A stretch of DNA of 64,000 nucleotides from a virus (Duplodnaviria > Caudoviricetes). The stretch lies in IMG/VR virus record IMGVR_UViG_3300021091_000011. One strand, 5' to 3'. The first letter of the stretch is position 1; the number at the start of each line of letters is the position of its first letter. Below are positions 9,562-19,663 of the stretch, in pieces. A model generated the notes under the pieces. The model searched no databases. It worked only from the letters and a program-made list of their open reading frames with translations, and was not told the origin of the DNA. Made by a program: the position numbers and the translations under genes.

Positions 9562-10257
9562 TCAAACGAGGTCGTCGAGCAGACCGTCAGCGTCCTTAGA
9601 GACGCGGCTGGAATTCGGAGAGGCAACGTCCATCCCCAACTTCTCACGAATCTCGTCAAGCGAGAGGTCGCGGGCAAGGTCACGACGGATGCCGTTCGCA
9701 ATCGCGTCCACGTCGGCGTAAATGCTCTTGAGAAGAGCCTGCGCGCCCGGCTTCTCGCTCTTGCGAAGCGCGTCCATCACGGACGTATTATCCGGCGTGA
9801 TGGTGATCTTCTTGAACTTGCTGTCGGTGCAAGTGATCTGCACGTCGGTCTTGACCAGCGGGAACTTGTCATTCACGCGGGCCAGAATCTCGTACTTGTC
9901 CGACGAGAAAATCCACGGAAGAACCTCGACGTCCTGCAAGCGGGACATATCAGCGTTGCCCTTATTGTCCGTGGGCCACACCGCAATCACCGTCGCAATC
10001 GCCGTCTTGGGCTTGCCGAACTCCGCGTAGGCCGGACCCTTGTAGAGAAAGTAGCCGACGCCTTCCTTGTAGATACGCTCGCAGTTCGTGAACCGAAGGT
10101 TCTTGCTGAGATTCGGCGTGCCGTCCGCGTTGTATTCCCGATACCAGACGAACGAAACCAAGTAAGTCTTGCCCGCCTCGGGGTCAAACTTCTTGGTCTT
10201 GCGATTCAGAGCCTTGTCGCCATCACCGAAACCGAAATCAACGAAACCGTCACTCAT
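9562..10257 (-). CDS. Putative single-stranded DNA-binding protein
   Basis: Aromatic-rich beta core, acidic/hydrophobic tail (DADGLLDDLV) and position in the recombination operon. Family not confirmed. Confidence 0.5.
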   Translation of the reverse strand: MSDGFVDFGFGDGDKALNRKTKKFDPEAGKTYLVSFVWYREYNADGTPNLSKNLRFTNCERIYKEGVGYFLYKGPAYAEFGKPKTAIATVIAVWPTDNKGNADMSRLQDVEVLPWIFSSDKYEILARVNDKFPLVKTDVQITCTDSKFKKITITPDNTSVMDALRKSEKPGAQALLKSIYADVDAIANGIRRDLARDLSLDEIREKLGMDVASPNSSRVSKDADGLLDDLV

Positions 10258-10364
10258 CTTCAGACTCCCTATTGGTTGTTACACCCGTTTGTCATGCCGT
10301 TATTGGCGGGACTAGCATCGGGCAAGTAGATATACGCGAAGGGGATTCAGGTCACCCCCCCTAC

Positions 10365-11150
10365 TCAGATAAAATCGAGCAGGTCGTCGATAGATACGTC
10401 TGTGTTCTTCGCGGGCGCGGGTTCCGAAGGATCGACGTCCTCAAGCAGCGCGTCCAAATCCGTCTGATCGCCGGACGTGCCCTTGAAAGCGTCATTGACG
10501 GGCAAAGGCTCAGGCTTCTCAAAGCCCACGGCCTTCGGCTGAATCTTGCCCAAGTCGGATTCGGCCTTGCCCTCAAGCAAATCGTTGATGTCGCGCATGG
10601 TCACCGCGTCAACCGCAGGAGCCGAGTCCAAAATCTGCGCGCTATTGCCCGCTTTAGACCCCCACTTCGCACCCAAGCCGACTTCCTCTTGGCAGAGGCG
10701 AATCTGATCCTTCAGGCGACCTTGCGAATCTTTCAGATCGGTGCGCTTGGACTTGATCACGGTCATCAGGGCTTCCAAATCCTGAATCGTGATCGCAAGG
10801 CGATCTAGTTCTTCACGGCGTTCGCGCATCTTGACGGTCGCAATCGCGTCACGGTCTTTGACGTTGCGGCCCGCACGCACTTCGGGATCGTTCGCCAACA
10901 TATCCTGCATGGCGAGGTCAAAATCGAGTTGCGCGGCGCGATGGGCGCGCTTGTAAAGCTGAAGCCAATGGCTCACGCGCACGAACAATTGCTCGCAGCG
11001 CGTCAAATGATCACGGCTCTCCGCGACCTTGTTGTTCAGCCGCTTGGGACCAAACTCAAGCGGGTCATTGTCGAGCGCGACGTTCATAGATTCGATTTCA
11101 CGAAAAATCGAATCTACGGTGGCTTCGTCTACAAGCGGCAAATCAGTCAT
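10365..11150 (-). CDS. Coiled-coil protein with acidic tail (possible recombination mediator)
   Basis: Long helical N-half, C-terminus SIDDLLDFI, operon context. Confidence 0.45.
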   Translation of the reverse strand: MTDLPLVDEATVDSIFREIESMNVALDNDPLEFGPKRLNNKVAESRDHLTRCEQLFVRVSHWLQLYKRAHRAAQLDFDLAMQDMLANDPEVRAGRNVKDRDAIATVKMRERREELDRLAITIQDLEALMTVIKSKRTDLKDSQGRLKDQIRLCQEEVGLGAKWGSKAGNSAQILDSAPAVDAVTMRDINDLLEGKAESDLGKIQPKAVGFEKPEPLPVNDAFKGTSGDQTDLDALLEDVDPSEPAPAKNTDVSIDDLLDFI

Positions 11151-11575
11151 TATGCGACCTTTTCGATACGAGGCAGGTTCGCCTTGTCGATGATGTTGGA
11201 CACCTGATTCATGGCCTTTTGCCGGATGCGGGCCACGCGATTGTCAAACTCGCTTTCGGACACCGCACCCTCAAGCATCGCAGCGCGCCATGCTGCGATG
11301 CTTGCTTCCATCGCCAGCACCACGGAAGAAACGCGAGACTCGGTTAGTGTCATACCAGACTTGGCGATTTCGGAACCCTCAACCGTCAAATCGAGATCCG
11401 CGCCCGGTCCACCCGCATCGTCCTGCACCGAATCCCAAGCCGCGCTCATGCCCGCGAAGAAGTCGCCACCCTTGGTCTTGACCGCTCGGGTCGCAACGAC
11501 CTTCGTGACCTTGAGACTACCACGGACCTTATTCAGAATCTCACGAACATCAGAAACGTCGGCCATGTTCAGCAC
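11150..11575 (-). CDS. Hypothetical protein
   Basis: Co-oriented, 1-nt overlap with the downstream gene. Confidence 0.6.
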   Translation of the reverse strand: MLNMADVSDVREILNKVRGSLKVTKVVATRAVKTKGGDFFAGMSAAWDSVQDDAGGPGADLDLTVEGSEIAKSGMTLTESRVSSVVLAMEASIAAWRAAMLEGAVSESEFDNRVARIRQKAMNQVSNIIDKANLPRIEKVA

Positions 11576-11596
11576 TCCAAAAGCAGTTGCAAGTGG

Positions 11597-14500
11597 TTAT
11601 ACGCCTTGCGGCGTTTCCCCACCCCCCTTAGCATTTGCTATGCGGAAGGCCAAAAGCGTTTTTCGATGCTCGGCGGCGTCGTTTTGCACGGCTTTCGTAA
11701 CTGCCGACGCTTGGCCCACAATCAAAACCTTTTTTCGAGCGCGTGTAATCGCCGTGTAAAGCAGATTGCGCTGTAACTGCCGCCCGAACGTAGATAGCAA
11801 GGGCAAAACAATCACGTCATACTCTTGACCCTGCGAGTTCCAGCCGGAAAAACCGTTCTGGATAAACCTGTGCGTTTCAGGAACCTCGACGCACATCGAA
11901 GGGCCATAGGCGGGCTTAATACTGACGATCTTTTCGTGGTGATACCGCGTGCGGGCACTCAACGCGGGAAAATGCTGAAGCACCTGCACCGAGGGTGCGG
12001 ATCGATTACGCCCATGACCCAACACGCGGGCTTCATCAACCGTAATAGGTATTAAGTTATCGTTGGGATAATCTACTCGGCGTTTCGCTTGCAAGTGAAT
12101 CGAGTCCGAATGATCAAAACCGATTCGATTAAAGAATCTGTCTAAATCTCGACCACGAATAGCAAGATTTTTATTTTTCATTGAAGTACGCGCGACAATA
12201 CCTTCATCTAAAAGCATCGCACGCAACGCGGCGTTTGCAGAATCGTTCTTTGAACGAACCCAAATGCAATCGAGCAGGCTTTCGCTATCCAACGGATATT
12301 CGTACTTGACCATCGCGGACAAGAAATACCCTCGCAAAAACGCTCGACGAACGGATTTGTTCGACGCAAGTATCAAACGAGGGATTTCATACCCTCGACT
12401 TCGATAGAGTTCTGGAAAGTTTTTCCAGAACCAATCCATGATGAAACGTAAATACATACGAATCAGATACGGACGATTCTCGGCAAGCGTTGATTTAGGA
12501 TGCGTGCCGAATAACCTGTAAAAAACGTCATGGATTTTATTTAGTATCGACCCAACATCGGTTCTATAATGCGAATAAACACGATTATTGTCTTTAGGGT
12601 GCAAGTTGACATAAAAAGTCTTGTGTTTGACTTTCGCAAAAGCAGAAAAAATGCCGATTAGTTCCGCGATTTCTTCATTTAAGAATGGTGGGTATTTTTT
12701 CTTCCCGATTTTCGGCGCGTCTAACGGAAGCAACGTCTTATCATCGGCATAAGACGGCGAAGGGACCAAGTAAAGCCAATCATTCTTGCGAAGTTCCCCC
12801 GCCTCTTTGCGAACGTATCGTCCGTCAACGCGGCTCCAAACGTCGATGCCGTGTTCGGGCGTCATATATAATGTGTAGCCGCTCGTGGTTTGAACCTTGA
12901 GCAGCGGGCCACTTGGGTACTCGGTCTTATTGACGAATGGCCTCACGCCGTCCGGCGTGCCAATATTGCCCGAATCCGGCAAATGCTTGATCTGGTAAAG
13001 CCCGCCATCGTGCCAAGTAATCGTCGAAGGGTGGACGCATTTGTGGACGGTCTGCGCGTAAGCCAAGCGCAACGTCTTAGCCGCGTCAGACATTGGGAAT
13101 CGAACGAGTGCTGACGGCGTGCCCGGAACGCCAAACACATTGGCCTCAATCTCTTTCGCCACACGGTCAATCCGGCGCACGGTGCCCACGTCGCCGTTGT
13201 AGACACCCTTCTGGTAATCGTTCTTGACGACCATGATTCGGTCGCCCTCGCGCACAACGGAAGTGCCGATCTTCGTCTCGCTCATGCCCGACATCGGAGG
13301 GTTTAACTGCGAACGAATACGGTCATTGAGCACCGTCACGCCCGCATCGCCCGAATGACGTGGCGACAAGACTTGAAAGTTCGACCGCTTCTCGTAAAGC
13401 GCCTGCGTCAACCGCAGGATAATCTCAGACGCCTCGGTCTCCGTGCTGGCAGGCACGATCACGAAATCACGCCCATCGGATTCCGGAGTCCGGCCTTTAT
13501 GAACGGCGTGCGCCGCAAGCACGATGCCGTTTGTGTCCTCTTGCCGAAAGATGCGATCCAAATGCGTGTGCGGAAACGACTTGCTCTCAACCAAGTCGCC
13601 CAACACATCACCCGCGCCCACCGAAGGCAATTGATAAGGGTCGCCGACGAACACCATTCGGCAATCTAGTTTGGTGCCGGACAAGACTCGATGGAGCATA
13701 TTCAGGTCCACCATCGAAGTCTCGTCAACAATCACCACGCTGGCCGGATGCGGATTTCCAGGTCCATACCCCCACGTTTCGTCCGTAGGGCTGTTCACCG
13801 TTTTCTTCGTGTCCGTGTCACCCACGAAACCCTCGTAGGCGACCTCACGATCATCCGACTCGCCGTATTTGCCCTTTGCTCCAAAAGCGCGATGAATCGT
13901 AAAAGCGGGCGCATTGACGACATTGGCGAGCCGTTTGGCCGCGATGCCCGTCGGGGCTACGAGCAAGAAACTAATGCCCGTGTCTTTAAGCAAGGTCACG
14001 ACGGCGCGCAAAGCCGTGGTTTTGCCTGTTCCGGGCAAGCCCGTGATCAAGCAGACGTTGTCGGTCAATGCCGAAAGAGCGGCGTTGAGTTGATCCTCGG
14101 TCAGCGTGATACCAGAACCCAATGACCAATCGGCCAATGCCGACTTGACGATGGTTTTGTGGTCCGCACCTGATTCTACGGAAGCCTGCGCCTGCGGCCC
14201 CACGCGAGCGAAAAGCGGGCTGTAATCCTGCGAAGGCTTGGTCTGCAAACGGCTCACTAAAGTCGTCGCGCACGTTTGTTCCAAGTCGTAAATCGTCGGA
14301 TCGTAAAGTGCGACGGTGCCCGCTTTCGTGTTTCGGTCTAGTACCAGCGCGTTTGACCTAACGAGGTCTTTCACGGCTTGGGCAACCGCAGCGTCATTCG
14401 CATTTGGAACCAGAGTAAGGACGTTCGATAGGACGTCGCTCATCGTAGAATACAAATGCCCTTCGGACGCCGTGTTGTTCATAGTCGCCAAAACCGCGCC

Positions 14501-15124
14501 ACACATACGACTTGGCGAGTCCAATGGCACGCCGAGCCTGCGAGCGATTTCGTCTGCCTGCGCGAAGGTGATGCCGTCCACTTGCACGAGTGCCCAAGGG
14601 TCTTTCGTGACGATGGTTTCAACGTCGGTGGAGTATTTCTTCCAGACGCGCTCGATCATCGCGTTGGGCACTCCGGCCTGAGCGAGAAAAGCGGCGGCGT
14701 ACAAATGCGCCTTCGCCGCCTTCCAACGCTCACCAACGTAAGCAAGTTCAGGCGGTAAACCTTCACCCTCTAACACGGACAAAAGGGATTGGTTGCCTGC
14801 GTGCCCCATCAAATGCACCCGCACGCCAGGCCCAATGCCCTGCGCGGATAGAATCGAAAGCACACGGTCATTCGACCAATGCTCGGGAACGACCGGACTT
14901 CGCTCTACGGCGATCTGACGTCCATAGGTCGGGTGAACCGTGTAACGTCCCTCAAAGCAAACCCAAGTACCCGGCACAATCGCCTGACCTGAGAAATGCC
15001 CTTTGGCCGTGACTTGACCACCGGAGTCGTCAAGGCTGATTTTTACGATTCGGAAACCAGCACCGTCATCGTAAGTGACGGTGCTGATGCGTCCCGAAAA
15101 GACCTGTAAAGTAGAGTCCGACAT
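11597..15124 (-). CDS. recD: RecD2-like SF1B helicase containing an intein
   Basis: HhH-like N-region, GLPGTGKT, VDETSM, GDPYQLPSV, spliced motif AYAQTVHK|SQGQEY and LLYTAITRA. Confidence 0.93.
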   Translation of the reverse strand: MSDSTLQVFSGRISTVTYDDGAGFRIVKISLDDSGGQVTAKGHFSGQAIVPGTWVCFEGRYTVHPTYGRQIAVERSPVVPEHWSNDRVLSILSAQGIGPGVRVHLMGHAGNQSLLSVLEGEGLPPELAYVGERWKAAKAHLYAAAFLAQAGVPNAMIERVWKKYSTDVETIVTKDPWALVQVDGITFAQADEIARRLGVPLDSPSRMCGAVLATMNNTASEGHLYSTMSDVLSNVLTLVPNANDAAVAQAVKDLVRSNALVLDRNTKAGTVALYDPTIYDLEQTCATTLVSRLQTKPSQDYSPLFARVGPQAQASVESGADHKTIVKSALADWSLGSGITLTEDQLNAALSALTDNVCLITGLPGTGKTTALRAVVTLLKDTGISFLLVAPTGIAAKRLANVVNAPAFTIHRAFGAKGKYGESDDREVAYEGFVGDTDTKKTVNSPTDETWGYGPGNPHPASVVIVDETSMVDLNMLHRVLSGTKLDCRMVFVGDPYQLPSVGAGDVLGDLVESKSFPHTHLDRIFRQEDTNGIVLAAHAVHKGRTPESDGRDFVIVPASTETEASEIILRLTQALYEKRSNFQVLSPRHSGDAGVTVLNDRIRSQLNPPMSGMSETKIGTSVVREGDRIMVVKNDYQKGVYNGDVGTVRRIDRVAKEIEANVFGVPGTPSALVRFPMSDAAKTLRLAYAQTVHKCVHPSTITWHDGGLYQIKHLPDSGNIGTPDGVRPFVNKTEYPSGPLLKVQTTSGYTLYMTPEHGIDVWSRVDGRYVRKEAGELRKNDWLYLVPSPSYADDKTLLPLDAPKIGKKKYPPFLNEEIAELIGIFSAFAKVKHKTFYVNLHPKDNNRVYSHYRTDVGSILNKIHDVFYRLFGTHPKSTLAENRPYLIRMYLRFIMDWFWKNFPELYRSRGYEIPRLILASNKSVRRAFLRGYFLSAMVKYEYPLDSESLLDCIWVRSKNDSANAALRAMLLDEGIVARTSMKNKNLAIRGRDLDRFFNRIGFDHSDSIHLQAKRRVDYPNDNLIPITVDEARVLGHGRNRSAPSVQVLQHFPALSARTRYHHEKIVSIKPAYGPSMCVEVPETHRFIQNGFSGWNSQGQEYDVIVLPLLSTFGRQLQRNLLYTAITRARKKVLIVGQASAVTKAVQNDAAEHRKTLLAFRIANAKGGGETPQGV
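11837..13039 (-). mobile_element. Intein (401 aa) with degenerate LAGLIDADG domain
   Basis: Begins CVHPST, ends GFSGWN before S. Visibly more AT-rich than the flanking exteins. Confidence 0.92.
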
Positions 15125-15165
15125 AAGTCGGACTTACACTTATTTCAGGATAAAGTCGCCCCCGA

Positions 15166-16326
15166 TTAGCGGGTCGCAGCGTATCGAGCCGCAACGCGCT
15201 TCGCGCTCGCAATCAAACGGCGGGAAGCGCGACGGCGAATGTCCGATTGATACGTCCGCGCGATGTCCGTCTTGGACTCCAAGATGCGTTGGACACTAGA
15301 AGAAGCAAGGGCCTGCTTAATATCGTTGGCGACGGTTTCGCGGAAAACCTTGGCGATATAGGGGACCGCCTTCTGCAAGCCCGAAAGTGCGTTCACCGCG
15401 CTGCCGAGTTCGTTTTGCTTGATGCTGAAGTTATAAGCCTCGTCAACGTCCGTCACTAAATCAGGATTGCTCTGGATCGCCGTCCAAATCGCAATCTCGA
15501 TATCACGTCGAACATCGGCGTCCGTGTTTCCATGGACGCGATCCGCACGGGCCTCGATTCGGCCAATGACGGCGTTATTCAACGCCTTCTGAACATCACG
15601 GTCGCTCATCGCGCCCAAGAAGTCGAATGATTGATCTTCGACCGACGAGTAAGCGTCACCAACCGTGACGATATCGCCGTCGTCCGTCGCGCCAGCAGAG
15701 GTGTCGATATCGACGAGACTCACGTTCTGCTCACCACGGAAAATGTCCGTCATGTAGTTAATGAGCGTTTTACGCGCGTAGGCGTCGACCTGAATCTCAA
15801 GAGAGTTTGAGCCCGTGCGCGCTTTTTCCGCGAACTCGTGCCCGATGAACCAATAGAAAGGGCGTCCTCTAGTACGAGCAAGCGAATCGCCCGTGAGCGG
15901 GTTCAAGCCCATGATGAGCGACTGCATGAGGTCATAAGGCTCAATGCGGGAGGCCCGAAACTTCGTCCGCTTAAGAGCGTTGACCGCCGTTTGATAGGGC
16001 TTGTTCTCGGGACCAAAGAAACTGAGCAACTCGTCAACCGAGTATTTCTCCAAGAGCGGGTCCACGAGCGGGTCCGAACCGCCGCTCTCTAAAGTCTGAA
16101 CCACTTTGCTCAAAACCGAAGCCGCACGGTTCGCCAAAGTGTTCGGCTGCTTGCCCAAGAAACCCTCAAGAAACGAAATCTTGAGAAACTTGTTCATCAA
16201 AGGGGCTACAGCCCGAAGTTCTGACAAGTCATCTTTGCTCGCAGTACGAACAAAAGCAAGTCGAAGGAACGGATGGGCAAGCATCGCACGACGAACAATA
16301 GGGTGCAGCATCGGGAGAAACCTCAT
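15166..16326 (-). CDS. Hypothetical protein with sigma-region-2/3-like segment and RVAARY tail
   Basis: AYARKTLINYMTDIFR and VSLVDID..DDG resemble sigma regions 2.4 and 3.2. Preceded by the TAANNNSSCTATM motif. Confidence 0.45.
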   Translation of the reverse strand: MRFLPMLHPIVRRAMLAHPFLRLAFVRTASKDDLSELRAVAPLMNKFLKISFLEGFLGKQPNTLANRAASVLSKVVQTLESGGSDPLVDPLLEKYSVDELLSFFGPENKPYQTAVNALKRTKFRASRIEPYDLMQSLIMGLNPLTGDSLARTRGRPFYWFIGHEFAEKARTGSNSLEIQVDAYARKTLINYMTDIFRGEQNVSLVDIDTSAGATDDGDIVTVGDAYSSVEDQSFDFLGAMSDRDVQKALNNAVIGRIEARADRVHGNTDADVRRDIEIAIWTAIQSNPDLVTDVDEAYNFSIKQNELGSAVNALSGLQKAVPYIAKVFRETVANDIKQALASSSVQRILESKTDIARTYQSDIRRRASRRLIASAKRVAARYAATR

Positions 16327-16481
16327 TCGGGATAACGTGACCTACGCTGGAAAAATCGTATAGGCAGATTAAAAACCTAGCACATTCGCGCCTATTGTGG
16401 TTATATACCCCCTAGATACGCCACCGACACCGTCTAACCGACCCGTCCGGCGTCCCTCTCTACCTCACTACATCGGAGCCC

Positions 16482-17642
16482 ATGCTCACCATGAAGATTC
16501 GTCATCAGCGTTTTGTCGCCGTTCTTTCACACGTCATCGCCGCCAAGCCGACCACCGACGTTGGGGCTTGGGATTCGATCTCCGCATCGATCAAGCGTGT
16601 TTCGTTGGAGCCTGCGCCGTTGGGCGTCCACGAAAACGTAGTACGCCGTGACGTGATTACCGCCTTTGGCTACAAGGGCCAAGCCGACTTGGTGTTCGAC
16701 ACGCTGCGCGCGATTGCCGACGGCAACGCCGACGTTTTTGCGTCGCGCCTCGCCTGCGTCGAAGTCGTGTCCGCGCTCAACGTGATGCTCCTGCGCCCGC
16801 AAGCCGAAACGACGCGGGCGTGGATCAACAAAGCCCTTAGTAAAGGGCTGCATCAACGCCTCTGCGATATGCTGGCCCGCTGCTTCCCCAATGAGGATAG
16901 AAGCGAACTCGCCAGCATGACCAACGCCTGCATCGCGGCGTGGTGCAAAAAGGACAGTCTCAAGTCGCTGCTCGACAAGCACGGCGATATTCCCGACAAC
17001 GTCCTCTTGGGCTTTATCAAAAAACGCATGGCGAACGAGTTTCGTAAGCGCGGCGTCGATGCCCACACGCGGACGACGCACCATGCGCGCACCGAAACCG
17101 AGCGTCGTAAGAACGACCTGCTTGGCGTCGCCTCCGCAGAGAACACGGCTAAAGTTGTCTACAAGACCGAAACCGATAAAGATAACGACATCGTCGATCA
17201 AAGCGCGGGTGCAGAAGAATTGCTCTGCACGGTCGACTTAGCAGAATCGGGTTCGATCATCCTCGAAGCCCTTTCGCCCAACGGCGGCATTCGGCGTAGT
17301 CAGATTCTCCGTTCGGTCCTAAACGGCGCAAGCCGACAAGACTTGATGCGCGAATTCGGGCTGGCAGAAAACCGCGTGAATCACCTGACGACAGAAATCA
17401 AGTCGTTCCTGCGCGAGTCCGACGTCCTGATCGACCATGCGCTCAAGATTGTCTCCGCGCTCAAAGACGAGCCGTGGTCGAGCACCGACGAGATTAGCGA
17501 CGACGTGGGGCTGACCAAGAAGCAAGTCCGTGCCGCCTTGCACTATATGGTCCGTAAACGGCTCGTCGTGGCGTCCAAGGACAAGTCCTGCTACAACCTC
17601 ACGCCCGCAGGCTACCACGCCGAAATCAACCTCTACGCTTGA
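16482..17642 (+). CDS. Sigma-factor-like transcription regulator with extra C-terminal winged helix
   Basis: GFIKKRMANEFRK (region-2-like), GASRQDLMREFGLAENRVNHL (region-4 HTH-like) and STDEISDDVGLTKKQVRAAL (wHTH-like). Confidence 0.55.
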   Translation: MLTMKIRHQRFVAVLSHVIAAKPTTDVGAWDSISASIKRVSLEPAPLGVHENVVRRDVITAFGYKGQADLVFDTLRAIADGNADVFASRLACVEVVSALNVMLLRPQAETTRAWINKALSKGLHQRLCDMLARCFPNEDRSELASMTNACIAAWCKKDSLKSLLDKHGDIPDNVLLGFIKKRMANEFRKRGVDAHTRTTHHARTETERRKNDLLGVASAENTAKVVYKTETDKDNDIVDQSAGAEELLCTVDLAESGSIILEALSPNGGIRRSQILRSVLNGASRQDLMREFGLAENRVNHLTTEIKSFLRESDVLIDHALKIVSALKDEPWSSTDEISDDVGLTKKQVRAALHYMVRKRLVVASKDKSCYNLTPAGYHAEINLYA

Positions 17643-17995
17643 CCCATCGGCTTCTTTTCCCACCAACCGTCTAAAGGGTCTGACGATGGAACAATCTCGT
17701 CGTCGTCCATGACGGTCAAACCAATCACAACGACGCCCATAATCGAATCAGGGTCGTAAACCTCAACGGCATCCAACAAGTCGCCGCCGCAGGTAAGCCT
17801 GACGCGAACCGTTCTGACCCTTATCTCACGGATGCTTAAGGTCGACAAAATCTCACCAGCACGCTCCAAGGCGTCCTCGGGATTAGCCATCAAACCAACC
17901 TGATGAATCAAGTTCGGTGAACCGTCTCGCACTTGACGGTTCACCACCATCCAAACAGGATAACTCGCGTCGCTAGGCACTCGAACAACTCCCAC
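17633..17995 (-). CDS. Hypothetical protein
   Basis: Convergent ORF with plausible composition. Confidence 0.5.
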   Translation of the reverse strand: MGVVRVPSDASYPVWMVVNRQVRDGSPNLIHQVGLMANPEDALERAGEILSTLSIREIRVRTVRVRLTCGGDLLDAVEVYDPDSIMGVVVIGLTVMDDDEIVPSSDPLDGWWEKKPMGQA

Positions 17996-18579
17996 TCAAA
18001 AAAAGACAAGCACCACAAGATTTGGTGGGCAACCTCTTTACAAGCCACCCACCACTCACTATAACGCTTGACGGTCGCTCGCTTACCCCCATTACGCTTA
18101 TATAAGCAGAATAGGGTTAAGAAGATTCCCTAGAGCCTTGGAAGGCCGCTGAAGAATGTCCGGTTCTTCATGCCGACCCCAAGAGGAGTAGGGACGAGGG
18201 AAACCTCGGTGGCAAGGAACTCCACAAGCGACCTCGGTTCTCTGAACGCTCACAGAAATCGACCAAATGGAACTTACAAGGTTCTTCGCCCTCGTTTGAT
18301 TTTTCAAGCAAGGTGAAAGGGACTTGGGTGGTGAGGGATTAACTTTCCCACTACTAGGGTCTACTACTTGGATGCAGACTTCTAACCTAGCCTCGTGACC
18401 GGACAAGTCGATGAGGGTTACAAACTAGATACGAAGTCTGAGGGTTTCAAGTAGTCCGAAAACAAGGCTATCGTTAGGGGTAGCAGAGCAATCTTCGTTC
18501 ATTCACAATATCTACTTACCCTTGAACACTCTAAACTATTTCCAGAACATATCTAAACACCTTCAGATATGATGAAATA

Positions 18580-18886
18580 GATGTTAGTAGAGGTAATAAG
18601 TAGATATAGTAAGAACAGATTGTTCATAATAAGAGCAAAGAAGAATAAAGCGAAAACGACAACAACAACGACAACAACAAATCAAGAGAGTAAGACTCAG
18701 ACAACGGCTGCTAGTAAGAAGAAGAGTAAAGAGGATAAGGCTAAGAAGATGATGACGAATCATCCGATTGGTACAGAGGTTGATTGTCTAGAAGTTGATT
18801 GTCTAGAGGTTGATCTGGATTGTCCAAGTAGATCTAGGTTGATCTAGGTTACTCAAGTGAATCTAGGTTGATCTAGGTTACTCAAG
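18580..18886. repeat. Purine-skewed low-complexity tract and short direct repeats in a divergent intergenic gap
   Basis: (ACA)n and AAG runs; GTTGATTGTCTAGA x2; TCTAGGTTGATCTAGGTTACTCAAG x2. Confidence 0.8.
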
Positions 18887-18950
18887 AGAGAACAGGTTAT
18901 ATGCCTATCGAACAAGGTATAGGTCACGTTACCTACCTTGAGAGAATCGA

Positions 18951-19457
18951 ATGGGCAGAGGAATCTATCGGAGTGGGTTAGGAAGCATACTTACTCCTGA
19001 ACAACTTGCTCAAAACTTCGCTTTACCTGTTTATCGAATCGTAACAGGTTCAGCAAAGGTTACGTTCCCGAATGCGAACGCATCTAATCCTTCATCTTAT
19101 GTGCTGATTCAGAGTTCCGGTCCAAGTCAGTATAGTTACTCTTGGATTGCAAACCTCCCGTTGACGTTGAATTGGATTCAATGGGAGAACGTGATTGTTC
19201 CTGTTTTGCTTGACGCCCGAGTATCTTCTTGGGTTGGCGTCTTAAGGCGAAACGGTAAGCCTGTTTACTTGTCGAACACCGTTGTAGCCCCTAATGGGGT
19301 AACAGCCGTAACGACGAGTGGATTGCCTCTGACTCAGGGTACGTTGATTGGGTCAAGTTCGATTACCGACGAACAAGTAAGCCGTTTACTTGGGGACGCG
19401 GAATATATCAGCCTCATCGCAGACCTGATTCGACTTCAGGCTGAAGGGGGCGGTTAA
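18951..19457 (+). CDS. Putative virion/structural protein
   Basis: Beta-rich, S/T/V/N/P-rich composition like the giant structural ORFs. Late-type motif upstream. Confidence 0.4.
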   Translation: MGRGIYRSGLGSILTPEQLAQNFALPVYRIVTGSAKVTFPNANASNPSSYVLIQSSGPSQYSYSWIANLPLTLNWIQWENVIVPVLLDARVSSWVGVLRRNGKPVYLSNTVVAPNGVTAVTTSGLPLTQGTLIGSSSITDEQVSRLLGDAEYISLIADLIRLQAEGGG

Positions 19458-19663
19458 ACCTTGCTTCGGGTAAAACCCTTTCTATGAACGTCATCAAGAA
19501 CGATAATCAAGTTGGTCGTCAAGTTTGGGTTAGTTGCCGAGCGACGCCTTCTTGTATGGGCAGGCAAGCTGAAATCAAAATGCGATTCAATCTCCCTTCG
19601 GGCGGGATTGCGATTCGTTATCGTTGCTTGACCTGCAATAAGTCGTTTCACATTACGATCTGA

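Noticed and set aside
18098-18847. ORFs 18098-18406 and 18581-18847 as real genes
   Set aside because: Low-complexity or repeat-derived, with no RBS or motifs; not annotated as CDS, though not excluded.
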